A stretch of DNA of 64,000 nt from Callorhinchus milii. Taxonomy: Eukaryota. The stretch's first letter is position 1. The number at the start of each line of letters is the position of its first letter. Below the pieces are notes generated by a model, which saw only the letters and a list, made by a program, of their open reading frames with translations, was not told the origin of the DNA and did no database searches. Below, one piece after another: positions 38,061-51,449 of the stretch. The stretch is from assembly GCF_018977255.1 (NCBI RefSeq), contig NW_024704743.1, positions 52,516,001 to 52,580,000 on the forward strand, given 5' to 3'. Both the position numbers and the translations under genes were made by a program.

Positions 38061-38483
38061 CTGAAAACCGGGTTCACAAACACACTTTCATACATCCAGC
38101 TCCTGGAATCCACCACCTTTATTGGCTTGAGTGAGGTAAGCAGCTGCAGCTTAAGCTCTGAACCTCCAACTGAGGGAACCATCACTCACTGGAATGGGGA
38201 GTGTGTTTGAGTTGTGGGCAGGAAAATAGACGCAAAGCTCTTACGCAATTCATGCTGAATTGTGGTACCCACCAGGAAGTTGACAGGGAGTTCCTGATAC
38301 CTACCATTCCCCCCTAGAGATGACTCTAATATGCACATGTTGGATGTGAAATGAACACGTGACTCTCCTCCTGAGAGGGTGGGGGAGGTGAGCAGAGTCT
38401 CTTTGGGACGAAGCTGGCTCTAAGGTGATATTGTTTACAGTGGAATTGAGTCAACCCTTTGTGGCTCTCTCTGTGGTTTGCCT

Positions 38484-38810
38484 CCTGAGGCAGGAGGGTC
38501 TGCAGTACACTAGGGAACTACTGATGAGAGGCCGGTCACCCTGGCTCAGGGTGGGGCTCCAGTTGGGTGGGTGGGGTGGAGGTGTCTGTGGTGGGGGGGA
38601 TTCTTCCCACTTGGCTCCTGGTAACCCTACAAGCTAAAGACCTAACAGGTAGAATAGTTCCATCCTTATTAAATGTAACTCAACAACATCCTGTACAATA
38701 CAATACAAAATTATATTTGTAAAGCACTTTTCACGTGGGGAGGACATCCCAAAGTGCTGAACAATCAGGGATTAGGACCCGAGTGGGGTGGGGGTGGGTG
38801 GGTTGGGATC
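38484..38810. repeat. Inverted duplicated segment, partner at 63680-64000
   Basis: Reverse-complement match covering an L2 tail and its non-L2 flank. Confidence 0.85.
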
Positions 38811-39290
38811 GGCAGGCTGGAGGGCAGAAAGGGTTGGAAAGTGGCCAAAGGCACAGTCGAAGAGGAGGGTCTTGAGGCGTGGTTTGAAGGAGGCAAGGGA
38901 CGGAGCGAGGCGAAGGGAATGTGGGATGGAGTTCCAGAGGGTGGGGCACAGAGGCGAAGGCCCTATTGCCGATGGTCGGGCTGGCCGTGGGACACAGAGC
39001 AGACCAGAGCCTGCTGAGAAGAGAGCATGGACAAGTTGATAAGGGGTTAGCAGGTCGGAGAGGTAAGAGGGGCAAGGTTGTGGAGGGCCCTGAAAGTGAG
39101 GACGAGAATTTTGAACTCAATCCTCTGAGGGATGGAGAGCGAGTGGAGCCGGCCGAGGGTGGGTGTGATTGGGTCACAGAGGCTGGTGCGGGAGAGGACA
39201 CGAGCTGCGAAATTCTGGATATTCTGCAGCTTTTGTGGAGGGAAGAGTTGGGAAGACCGACAAACAGGGTGTAGTCATAGTCGAGCCTGG
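38715..39290 (-). mobile_element. L2 LINE 3' fragment
   Basis: Similar to the other L2 3' ends in the window. Confidence 0.75.
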
Positions 39291-41049
39291 CTGTAAACCT
39301 ATATCATGACCTGCAGCAGCTTCGCTATCAGTGACGTGAGACACACCAACCTATAGTTCCTGGGATCTTCCCTTTTCCCTTAAACAATGTAGGGACATTT
39401 GCCACTCTCTAGTCTTCTGGGCTAACTCCTGTTTCAATAGATTTCTAGAAAATGATAGACAGGACATCTGTTATTTCATCATTGACAAGTTCCTCATGTT
39501 TTCCCTATATAGAGGCTTATATTGTGGTATTTTATGTTTGACCCTATCGAAGGGGGAGGAGTAAGTTGCAATTATTTTTGTGAAATTTTAGCATATTTCT
39601 CACACATTTTTGTGCCAGTGTGAAGGATGGCTGGAACATCTATGACACGTCTTGCTCATTGGAGCTGAAGCAAACTAACGTCTCTCATTTCATGCATCAT
39701 GCACTTTGGAGCTGCTCCACATTTCAATCCTGGCTTGTGTGGTCATCCCACTTTTATTTATATGCTGCTCATGGTATGTTATTGCCATCATCCTCTGTGT
39801 ACTCCTGTATATTTGATGGGTTTCTAGAAGTATTTCAACATACTGTAGTTAAGTAAGAAATAATAACCATGCTTGCCTGCCATTCTATGCAAGTTATGTT
39901 TTGAGTCTGTTTTGCAGCTGTTGAGCACTTATACTATGTTGTGTATTTGTTTGTATTTTTTAAAATGATCGTTCCCTGCTTTTTATTGGTGTGTGGTGGG
40001 CAACAGAAATGTCAGGTTTCCAAAAACTGGAAGCAGCATTGAATAGATTCTGGGTTAGATGAGGGTCTGTATGTGAGTACTATTTGAGCTCATATTTTTT
40101 CTTCCTTCAGAATAACTCCAGCTGCCTCATCGATGTTGTGTGTTGGTTTGAAAGAAAATAGGTTGTCTGTCAATTTAAAACTAGGAAATATTAGTTTAAA
40201 CTAGACATCAATGCTATTTATTTATATGTGGATAAGACAAATTATTAATATTTATTCATAAGAGAAATATTTTTCTAATAACCACTAGACCATCATTAGC
40301 TCACAATGTATGGCAAACAAGCTAGTCCGCCTGCTTGCAGTGAATAAGAATTCAGTGAGGTACCACACAAAGAATATATTATGACTTCTGTTTCTAAATG
40401 GGCATAAACAAATTAACATTTATAAAGCAGAGTTAGGTGACATCAAACTATTTTGATGTAAAGTGGTTTTCCTGCATTCTCTTTCTCTCCCTTCCTCCCC
40501 ACTCAAAAAAAATGGTTCTTTCTCTTTGACAGCATTGATTTAACCTGAGGTATTGTTCCACAGACAACCTTACAGCATTCTTTCCCCAAAAGCCCATCCT
40601 TCATGAACTTAATCAGTGAGTATTGAAAAGTATTTTCAGGCATTGCAAAGAGGCATCACACCTTAACTGAATCCTGTTCTCATATGACAACCATATGTCA
40701 TGTACATATTTTCCACTAGAAATTCCCCAAATAATGATCGGTAGCAGGAATCCTGGCTGATATTCTTACCTTCCGACATCTAGGTTTCTTAACGCCAGAT
40801 TCAAGTATTCATTTTCAACCTGTCTTTGCTGTTGCAGATCTTTATCAATGATAGTTTAAAGTGGCAGTTTCACACCCAGACTTCCCCTTATGCTACTAGA
40901 GCAGTTGTGAGTTTGATTGGACCATTTTAAACCCAGTAAGTGATGACTGTCATCTGTTCCTATTTCATATTCTGTGAATCCGTATCTCTGTCACTAACTA
41001 CTAGTGACTATTCTCCTTGGGTGGTGGTGGGGTGGGGGGTGGGGGCTGG

Positions 41050-41580
41050 AGGAGGTAATTGGGATCTCCTTGGAGCTGAACTGGCTCCAAGGTGACATGT
41101 TTGGCAATGGAATATCGGAATCGAGCTGCCCTCTGTGACGGTCTCTAGTCCGATTCCTGAGCCAGGCGGGTCTGCAATATTCCAGGGCTCGGCTGATGAT
41201 ATCACCACAAAGCTGGCTCATCGGCAGGACCTGGAAGGGTAGACCAGTCACTGGGGATAGGGAGTCATCCCACTCAGCTCCTGCTAACCCTGCAAAAGCG
41301 AGAAACCTTGCCAGACAATGATATCACTGGCAAGCTTTGCGGTTTTACCTGATTAGACTCCAGCAGTACAGCAATACACACTCTGGGATCCCAAAGCCGT
41401 AGCTCTTGCCAAACTGCTCCTAATCCATTCCAGAATTAGGTAAGCAGGATGTGTTCCTCCTGCATTCCATTCCAACAGTTTATCTCTGGGTTTTCCATGT
41501 GTCGGTGGGATGCATGGAATTCTCAGTTTAGTTTGGATGCCCTTAAGCATGGTGATGGGTTTCTGCATGTGTCAGGCAAA
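41050..41580 (-). repeat. Unclassified interspersed repeat; inverted copy at 50560-50740 plus 51100-51410
   Basis: Direct reverse-complement similarity between copies; further pieces at 7525-7660, 18410-18716, 23265-23400, 27590-27805, 28750-29030. Confidence 0.65.
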
Positions 41581-41726
41581 TGTCAGGCCAAAAAACTCTT
41601 GCGGTGAAGTGCTCATTATTAACTGTTGAAAGTGCTGCCAAAACTATGCAAATTGAACATTTTTATAATTTTCACTAATATTAAATAACAATATTCCTTT
41701 TAAAATTAATTTCTTAGATTTCAGCA

Positions 41727-41891
41727 ATGGATCCCATGGTTGCTGCCAATGTCAACTTTACTCTTGAGCTGTTCAAAAAGCTAAATGGAAACAAAAACGG
41801 GAATGTTTTCTTTTCTCCATTGAGTGTTTCAGCTGCTCTGGGCATGGTGTATCTCGGTGCTAAAGGCAATACTGCAACTCAAATGGGCAGG
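41727..41891 (+). CDS. serpin 3 first coding exon ([11 protein letters not shown]...TQMGR)
   Basis: 165 nt, cttag|atttcagcaATG as in the paralogs, donor AGG|GTAGGT. Confidence 0.93.
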
Positions 41892-43576
41892 GTAGGTAAA
41901 GAATTAATTATTTCTTTAAAATGTTCATTGTCAAGATTATTGATCTGGTTGTTCATGTGGATGTAAAATCTCATTCGAAAAGAGAAGAGTTTCTCCCAGT
42001 GTTCTGGCCACCATCCTCCAGATTAATTGATTGTTCATCTCATGGCTGTTTGTGGGAACTTGCTGGCTCATATAACTGCCATTATACATACACTGTAAAC
42101 AGAAAAAGAAGTATATATAGTTAAAAGTAACAGGTTAATTTTGTTGCATTGCACAATCTGATAATTTAGCACATTACAAAACTGCAAGTTTAACCCCAAG
42201 ATATCGGAACAAATTTAACAAACATTTTGAATTCCAGTAAATACAGTAGAGCACTAAAAATGAGTTCGCGATTTAAGAAAAATAAATGGAAATGTTTAAC
42301 TTTTTTTTAAACTTCTTCAGGTGCTTCATTTCAGTGAAACTGACGACATCCATTGCGGATTCCAGGCACTACAAGATGCCTTTAATAAACCTAACTCAAC
42401 CTATCTCCTGACTGTAGCAAATCAGCTCTATGTAGACAAGACATACAATCTTCTCCCTGTAAGTCATAAGTGAAAAGTGCATAACATATTGGAATTGGAT
42501 AAAAATGATACTCTAGGAAACCTCTTTTGACTATTATAGTCCTGAAGAATATTCATGGTTGTTCTGATAAAAAAAACAAATTGGTTTACTTTAGTCCCTC
42601 TGTGCTAGCTTTAAAAAAAAGTGGGTAGATTGCAATACAATACAAATTTTACATTTGTATAGCATTTTCATGTCGGGAGGACGTCCCAAGGCGCTAGACA
42701 GTGAAGGATTTGGACCCGAGCGGGGTGTCGGGATTGGGGAGGGTGGAGCGCAAGGTGGGTAGGAGGGTAGCCGAAGGCTAGTTCGAAAAGAAATGCTTTG
42801 AGACACGAGGAGAGAGCTGTTGGCAAATACTGAGATTAAATAATTGACTGTCTGTAAACGGGAAGTTGCACAATTACTCACTCTATCTTTAAGCCTAATA
42901 TTATACTCGTAGATCTTATGACTGGCCAGCAAGATCCAGCTCATTCAAAACTCTGCTACCCATATACTGACCCGTCACTCTCTGGCACCTCCCTCCCTCT
43001 CCAACCTCCTCACTCCCTAATCCACCACCTCTACTGCCACTACTTCCCAAAACTCTGGAACACTCTCCCTCAATCCCTCCGCCTTGCCCCCTTTCTCCCC
43101 TTTTTCAAGTCCCGTTTGAAGACCTTCCTCTTCAACTGTGCTTCCACCCCCCCCACCCCCCCCCCAGCTCGGAGTCAGGCTCCACCACTATGAAGCGCTC
43201 TGAAACAGTACCTTGCGTGGAGGGCGCTGTATAAGTGCAAGTTGTTGTTTCTAACCCTGCAACCCAAGTCTGAGAAAGATTTATAGATTACTGGGAGNAA
43301 AAAAATAGATGTATTTTACACAGAAACTTGTTGAATATGAAATCTGAAGCAAATCTGAATATGAAGCAAAAGGGCACAAGCAGTGTATCGGGACTGCAGA
43401 ATGTGGGAATTAGTGGACAGTGAGACTGACCCGGATGATCACATCTGTGGGAAATGCCTAAGTCTTGAGTCACTCCAGTTCAATCTTTGAGCTGCAGTGC
43501 GAGCTAGAGACACTGCGACACATAAGGGAAGCGCAGAAATATCTGGATAGTTTACTCCAGAACACAGTCACCTCAC

Positions 43577-43607
<31 letters not shown>

Positions 43608-46600
43608 TTCAGGAAAAGGGGTGTGTGACTGACAGTCAGCAGGGTAGGGGCAACCTAATGGAGGCAGGGATGGTGGAACCACTGGAACTAGTCCTGACCA
43701 ACACCTGTACAATACCCTTGCTCTCTGTGGGGATAAGGAAGAAGGCTGCAGGGAGAATGGCCAGAATGCTAACCAAGTCTCCGTGGAGCAGCAAGCAGTT
43801 CAAGTGGGGTGTACGAGCAGAATCAAAATGTTGTAGTTATAGGGGATTTGATAATTAAGGGGATAGATGGTATCCTCTGCAGTCGCGATCGAGAGTCCAG
43901 GAGGATATGTTGCCAGGGTAAGGGAAATTTCAAAGCAGCAATAACAACAACAAAATTACATTTGTATAACGATTTTCACGTCGCGAGGATGACCCAAGGT
44001 GCTGGACAGTCAGTGTTTCGGACCCAAGCTGGGGGTCAGGATCAGGGAGGATGGAGGGTAGGGATGGGGGAAGAGGGTGATCGAAAGCATGGTCGAAGAG
44101 GAGGATCTTGAAGGAGGCAAGGGAGAGGGAAGGCGGAGGGATTGTGGGATGGAGTTCCAGAGGGTGGGGGTAGAGTGGCTGAAGGCCCGCCCACCCACCA
44201 ATGGTGGAGCAGATGAGGCAGGGGACTGGACATCGTTCCAAAGCTGGAAGGAACTTGGAAAGTACTTAAGTACTTAATCAATTTAATATAAATTAAAAAG
44301 TGGTAATGGAGAAAATAATGGGACTAAAGGTAGACAAATCTCCAGGATCTGATGGATTCCACCCCAGGTATTGAAAGAAATAGGTGAGGAAATTATAGAT
44401 GCATTAGTCATAATTTTCCAAAGCTTGTTATATTCGGGAATTGTGCCCTTAAATTGGAAAATAGCAAATGTCACTCCTTTACTAAAAGGAAGAGAAGGAG
44501 GGAGAAACCAGATAACTACAGACCTGTCAGCTTAACTTCAGTTGTGGGGAAGTTATTGAAATCTCTTATCAGGGACAGAGTGACTGAGCACTTGGACAAG
44601 TATGAACTAGACAAAGAGAGTCAGCATGGATTTGTGAAGGTTAGGTCAAGTCTGACGAATCTAATTGAATTTTTTCAGGAGGTTGTTAATATGGTGGATA
44701 AGAGAATGTCTATGGATGTCATCTGCATGGACTTTCAGAGGGGATTTGATAAGATTCCTTACAAGAGATTATTAGCAAAAATGAAAGCACATGGAATTGG
44801 AGGTAACCTTGCGACGTGGCTTGGGAATTGATTGGGAGGCAGAAAACAGAGAGTAGGGATAAAAGGAATGTTCTCTGACTGGTGGGACGTGGCAAGGGGT
44901 CTGTTTGGGAACATCAACTCTTCACCATGTGTACGTACATACATACATACCTACCTAGCCACTGGAACTCCATCCCACAATCCCTCCGCCTGCCCTCTCC
45001 CTTGCCTCCTTCAAGACCTTCCTCTTCGACCGTACTTTCGATCACCCTCCTTCCCCATCTCTACCCTCCACTCTCCCTGATCCCATTTGCTATTTTCCAA
45101 TCTAAGTGCACAATACATACCTACATACACACATTACTTGGACAAATGGATAGTTTTAAGACTTTGTGTCTGCAAATTTGAAGACAACACAAAGTTAAGA
45201 GGCACAGTAAGTTTTGTAAATGGGAGCAGGAAGTTACAAAGTTACTTAGACAATTAAGTGAGTGGCCAATACTGTGTCAGATGGAATTCAATGTGGGGAA
45301 GTGTGAGGTCAACCACCATGGATCCAAAAAGACAAAGCAGAATATTTTCTTAATGGGGAGAAACTAAGAACTGTGCAGGACCAAAGGGTTTTGGGTGTCC
45401 ATACACACACACATCAATTAGAAAAAGTAGTCAAAAAGCCTAATGGAATGCTGGCCTTTATCTCAAGGGGACTGGAATATAAAGGAGAGGAATTGATGCT
45501 TCAGCTGTATAGAGCCTTGGTCAAATCCCACTTGGAGTACTGCGTCCAGTTTTGGGCACCGCACCTCAGGAAAGATATATTTGACCTGGAGGGGTTGCAA
45601 TGCAGATTCACCAAAATGTTTCAAGGGCTTAAATGGTTAAATTACGAGGACAGGTTGCATAAACTTGGTCTGTATTCCCTTGAGTTTAGAAGGTTAAGGG
45701 GTGATCTGAATGAAGTATTTAAATGATAAAAAGTATTCAATAGGGTAGCTAGAGAGAAACGATTTCCTCTGGTGTGGGAAATAACAAGGGCGTATATCTT
45801 AAAATTAGAGCTAGGCCATTTAAGAATGAAACCAGGAAGAATGTTTTTCACACAAAGGATAGTAGAAATCTGGAATTCTCTTCCCTGAAAAGGCTGTGGA
45901 TGTCATTTGTCCATTCAAATTTTCAAGGCTGAGGTGTATTTTTTAGGTAAGGTTATCAAGAGATATGGGGCAAAGGCAGGTATTTGGAGTTGAGGAAAAG
46001 ACCAGCCATGATCTAATAGAATGGCGGAACAGGCTTGAGGGGCTGAATGGCCTACTCCTGTTGCTATGTTCTTATGTTGAACCTCAGCGTATAACAGAAT
46101 CTAAAATAGAATTGGATAAATACTTAGGCAAAATATTAAAAGTAATGAGAAAAGAGCAGAGGAATGAGATGAGAGTAGATTGCTCCAGTGGGAGACCAGA
46201 ACAGAACCTCCTTCTGTGCCATATACATTCTATGAGTTTAATCATTCGTAATTAATAATCATTCATAATCTAATCATACCATGCTTCTTCAGTCACCTTT
46301 CCGGGTTAGCAAGCAGAACTGTCAAGTACCTTGGGCAATCCTCCCAAAGTGAAAGGCACTAAATAGATATAAATTTGTATTGTGCTGTACTTGAGTGTAA
46401 TGATGCACTACACTTGGATATTCAAAGTAAAAAGACTTATTGTGACTTGTAGTACCCCAAATGTAAATTGTGTACTTAAATCCAGATGTTTCTGGGATAC
46501 TTAACCTAATACTGTGAGAAATTTGTAAAAAGAGGAAGTGGACCAACCATGTGCCCTACATTGATAAAGCGTTGGTTCCTTTTATTCCTGCAAACCAAGA

Positions 46601-48532
46601 CGAGAAAAGTTTCTGGAGCCATCACTGCCATTACATTTAAGATAATTCAGAATTTTTAAAAATTCTTGAGAACAGCCTTAAATTTGGAAGCCATTTTTCC
46701 ACTTCTTTTCCCTGTATCTCAGTGTTTAGATTTTGTGCTTGGATTTGCTAGGAATTTGTTGCTTCCATCCGGAAATTATACCAGACTGACCTGGAACCTG
46801 TTGATTTCATCAAAGCAACAGAAGAAGCCAGAAAGCAGATCAACTCTTGGATAGAGACAAAGACAAATGGTAAGGGGTGATGAAGAAGAGGCCCACTAAA
46901 TCTTCCCTGTCTCGCATGAGTTTATAAAGATCAGGAATATCTCCGATTGGATTTCTAGTCTGCAAAGAGTTATCTGATTTCAGCCAATGTGGCAAGAAAA
47001 TTGGTCTGAGTGCCTGGTACAGTAGGAAAGGAAATCAGGAGCTTCCTCCTACTGATCTACAACCAGTGACCACTGCTTGATGTATAGATGTCAAGTGAGG
47101 ACAGCTGTGATGTGATGACTTGTTATTTAGGGAGTTGATGTTCATTGTCTGACCTGATGCACGAGGGATGACAACTTAAATGCACTAGAGACTAATGCCC
47201 CAGAGAGAGTCGCTGTTTTCAGAGGTGGGAGCAGGGAGGATGGAATTAATTACTTTAAGTGGTATCTTAAATATTGCTTCATAGGAAAATAACATTTATA
47301 TTTCTCTAATTTCCTTCAGGGAAGATACAGAACTTGTTGGATGAAGGTAGCATTGATGACCTCACAAGACTTGTTCTAGTGAATGCAATCTACTTTAAAG
47401 GAAACTGGATGACACAATTTCAGAAGGCAAATACAATAGAACGACCATTCAGAATCACCCAGGTAATGAGGGCAACAGAAAAATTGTCAAGAAGTTCAAC
47501 CACTTACTGCTAGCTGTATTCTTCTAATCTTTCTGCAATTTTGTGAATAAAAGGTATTAGAAATCTGCTAATTTTGCTCTTACCTATTCACAGAATGAAA
47601 CTAAGCCTATGCAAATGATGCACTGCAGAAAACGGTTTAACATCACTTGTATTAAAGAGATTCAATGCAAAATTCTCGAACTTCCTTATATGAACAATGA
47701 GCTAAGTATGATCGTCCTGCTGCCTGAAGATATAAGAGATAACTCTACTGGACTAGAACAGGTACTTTAAGGCCCCTCGTACCAGAGATAGACAGAATTT
47801 GTTACTTCAAAGCATCTCGGGTCTCAAACCACTTCAATTACTGTGAATAACAATTTGCACATGAATGGCTCCTTTCATGTGGTACAAACATCTCAAAGTG
47901 CATAACCGCTTTATCAGGGAGCATTGAGCAATGAAAGTGTGATGACTGTGGCGGGTGCATCTATGGGTGGTTGTGCTTTCCCGCTGGTAAGCAGTTGCTT
48001 TCTCAGGCGACTGTTTAAAATGAATACATTTAATCAAACAAATAGAAAATACGGTAGATGAACCTTTTAAAACTAGGCTCTAGATATTTGGGAATAAGAT
48101 GACCGTGTCATTGTATTTTTTCTACAGCTTGAAAAAGGACTCACGCTTGACACACTGATGGACTGGACCAGTCCGGAGAGGATGCATATGGTGGAAGTTG
48201 CAGTAGCTCTGCCAAAATTCAAGCTTGAGGATCAATTTGACCTTGAATCGACCCTCAGTGATATGGGAATGAGAGATGCCTTTGATGACACACTAGCCGA
48301 TTTCTCTGGAATGACAGAAAAGAATGATTTGGTTTTATCAAAAGTTGTTCACAAAGCCTACGTAGAAATTAATGAGGAGGGAACTGAAGCAGCAGCTGCC
48401 ACAGCTGTTGTAACACGTACAAAACGATTTACAACAGTCAGTACATTTGAGGCCGATCATCCATTTTTCTTTTTCATCAGGCACAATAAGACCCATACTA
48501 TTCTGTTCTTCGGACGATTCTGTTCTCCCTAA
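41727..48532 (+). CDS. serpinb1-like: Clade B serpin gene 3 (SERPINB1-like scaffold), 378 aa, RCL contains RTKR
   Basis: Coding exons 41727-41891, 42321-42458, 46752-46869, 47320-47462, 47594-47761, 48128-48532, all GT-AG and in phase. Ends [14 protein letters not shown] at 48574. Confidence 0.95.
42321..42458 (+). CDS. serpin 3 coding exon 2 ([11 protein letters not shown]...TYNLLP)
   Basis: 138 nt, AG/GT. Confidence 0.92.
43470..46075 (+). mobile_element. Decayed CR1-clade LINE in a serpin 3 intron, interrupted by L2 tails (43950-44230, 44955-45080)
   Basis: ORF1 esterase-like relic [16 protein letters not shown]2 [48 protein letters not shown]1 3' tail. Confidence 0.88.
46752..46869 (+). 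CDS. serpin 3 coding exon 3 ([10 protein letters not shown]...[10 protein letters not shown])
   Basis: 118 nt, AG/GT. Confidence 0.92.
47320..47462 (+). CDS. serpin 3 coding exon 4 (GKIQNLL...[10 protein letters not shown]...PFRITQ)
   Basis: 143 nt, AG/GT. Confidence 0.93.
47594..47761 (+). CDS. serpin 3 coding exon 5 ([10 protein letters not shown]...STGLEQ)
   Basis: 168 nt, AG/GT. Confidence 0.93.
48128..48532 (+). CDS. serpin 3 last coding exon; [25 protein letters not shown]
   Basis: 405 nt, acceptor ctacag|CTT; ORF track 48158..48532. Confidence 0.95.
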   Translation, partial: LEKGLTLDTLMDWTSPERMHMVEVAVALPKFKLEDQFDLESTLSDMGMRDAFDDTLADFSGMTEKNDLVLSKVVHKAYVEINEEGTEAAAATAVVTRTKRFTTVSTFEADHPFFFFIRHNKTHTILFFGRFCSP

Positions 48533-51449
48533 GCTAGCCCAGCCTCTGCAAATGTAAATGTGTGTCATTCAATATTAAACCATCAGCAAAACACTTAGTA
48601 GCAAATGAAATGTCAAAGACCTGAATTGGTAGCTGTATCTTACCTGGGAGACTGTGGCTTTGACGTGCACAGTATGTTTGTTCCTTATAATACTTTACCC
48701 CCTTTCTCCAATTTTCCCTCCTCTCCTACAATTTCATTTCCTCTTTTGAAGGGACTCAGTTTTGCAGGTCTCCAGTTCCCTGGACTTGCTGCCTCTATTA
48801 TCTTACCAATTGGCCATTCTGAGCCAAGCCAGGGGGTGTCAGTCGACTATTTGATGGGGGTGGGTAGGATAACCTAAGCCTGTTGTTACCTGGATTCCAC
48901 GCTTAGTCCAATGGTCTTATAGGAGTATGGAGTATGTCCACTTGTACTGGGGTGAAGACCAATGAATCAATCTTTATTGATCAATTATCTCTCATTTGCC
49001 GGAAACAAATGTTTTTGTTCCCTCATTCCCCAGATGTTCCTCAATTAATTCTCCAGTATTTCAATAATTTATCTCAGTACTAGTAATACAGCTTATCGAA
49101 AGATTGGGCAGGTTGAGCATGGAGATAAGGTGATTAAGAGGGGTCCTGATAGAGGTGCTTTTAGGTGACAGACTGGCACCATTGGTAGCATATTTGCTTC
49201 TGAACCAGAAGGTTGTGGGTTCTACGTCAGGACTTTAAACTCATACAGTTTAGGTCCTTCATATGAAATGCTAAATCAATGTACTGTCTGCTTCTTCAGT
49301 TGGATCTTAAAGGCCCATGGCATTATTCGAAGGAGAAGGGAGTTTCCTGGTCAACAATTCCCCCAAAATAAAATTGGTCATTCACTACATGCCTGCATGT
49401 GGGACATTACTCTGCCCAATTGGCTGCCTTGTTTACCAGCAAAATACACAGTCACTACATTTTATTGTATAACCCTGTGAAGCACTTTGATATGTCTTGA
49501 TAATGTGACAAAGTGCTATATCGAATGCAAATATTATTATTATAAAATAATGAACTGAATCAAAAAGGTTAATGGGCGGTTTCCACTTTTTAGTGAGTCC
49601 AAAACAAATATAAATATAAGGTAGCTAACAGCAGATCTAAAACGCAGTTCAAGAAGAACTTCTTTACACAGAGAATGTGGAACGCATTGCCAGAAGCTGT
49701 GATTGAACCAGAAAACATCAATGCTATCAAGAGGAAACATGATGCAAATGTGAGGAAGAAGGGAATAGAGGGATATGTTAGAGGTGCTTAAGAAAAGTGG
49801 AGACTTATGTGGCATGGAATAGTTGAGCTAAATGGCCTATTTCCGTCCTGGACCGATATTGCTGTCCTCGCCAGGCTCCATTGGCTCCCTGATGCAGAAT
49901 AGATCCATTTCAAATCCTCATACTCACATATAAATACTTTCATGCCCTAGCACCTCCCTACCTCATCAAGCTACTAACATCCCACTCCTCTACCCTCCCC
50001 CATCCTCAGTGGCTCAAGCTTTCCTCATCCCTACTGGTCCACCATCGGCATCCATGCCTTTACTATGCCCCAAAACTTTGAAATTCTCTGCCTCAATCCT
50101 TCTGTCTTGCCTTCTCTTTGCCCATCTTCAGATCGCATCTGAAAACTCACCTTTTTTCCTGAGTAGGCTTCCAACTACACCAGAGCTTAGCACTCCCAAG
50201 ACACTGCCCAACGTGAAGAACACTGTATCAATTAAAGCAATTGGCTGTCTCATTTTGCCTACAAAATATACAGTCAATTCACTTGACAACAACAACAAGA
50301 TTGCATTTATAGAGCACCTTTCAGGTCGGGAGGACGTCCTTGACAGTATATTCTTTGAAGTGCTTTGAGATATCTCAACAACGTGATAAGGTGCTGTATC
50401 AAATGCAAGGATTATTATTGCAAGGATTATTATTAATGTTATTATACATCGCCACCAACTGGCGGAATGGCAGAATTACATCACCAGTAAACCCAGCGTC
50501 ACCTAGCGATTGGCCTACAACATTACAACAGTATTTTCCTGACTGCAGAGGGATTTTTTTTGATCAGTGGGGTGTCTGGCACAAGTGGAAACCCAACACC
50601 ATGCTTAAGAGTATCCAAACCAAGCTGAGATTTCCGTGCATCTCACCTACACATGGTAATCCCAGAGATAGATTGTTGCAATGGTATACACAATCTCCCT
50701 GGAGGGACACATCCTGCTTACCTAATTCCGTAAAGTATTGATAATAATATAATAATAATAATCCTTGCATTTGATATAGCACCTTAACACGTCTTCGAGA
50801 CGCCTCAAACCGCTTCACAGAATATACTGTAAAGTGAATTGACTATATTGTGTGCGCGAAACCCGGCAACCGATTGCGCACAGGGGTGTCCCACAAACTC
50901 TTGTGGATTGAGTGACCAATATTTTTTTGAAGGAATTATTATCCCCAGAAAAGCAATCCACCAATCGATTAACAACCATGTTCCTCCTTACTGCTAGGTA
51001 GAGAGGTAAGGAAACTTGTGCAATGTTTCGTCCTGCCGGGAATCAAACCCAGGTCTCTCGCTTGCGAGGCGAGTGTTCTAACTACTGAGCTACAGAAGCC
51101 CACTCAGGCGTAGGTTGGCAAGAGCATGCGTTGGGATACTGTTGGAGTCTAACCAACCAAGTCTAGCTTGCTGTTGATATCGCTGTCTGGGAAGCTTTCC
51201 CACTGCTTGTCCATCTAGGACCTCCCTACCCATTAGGGCTTTGGCTTACAAAGTTGACAGGAGCTGAGTGTGATGACTCCCTGCCCCCAGTGACTGGTCT
51301 GCCCTTCCAGGTCCAGCTGATGAGCCCGGCTGTCTGAGTTGTCATCAGCAGGGCCCTGCTCAGATCCGACATTTGTTTTCCAGACATGTCACCTGGGAGC
51401 CAGTTCAGCTTTATTATTTACACAATAAAAATGATAATAAAGCTAATGA

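Noticed and set aside
38520..38560. CTGATGA as a hammerhead core in the inverted duplicated segment
   Set aside because: No stem II followed by GAAA can be formed downstream in either copy.
40838..40935. Possible non-coding 5' exon of serpin 3 (ttgcag| ... |gtaagt); another donor near 38135
   Set aside because: Splice-like signals alone are insufficient without transcript data, so it was not listed as a feature.
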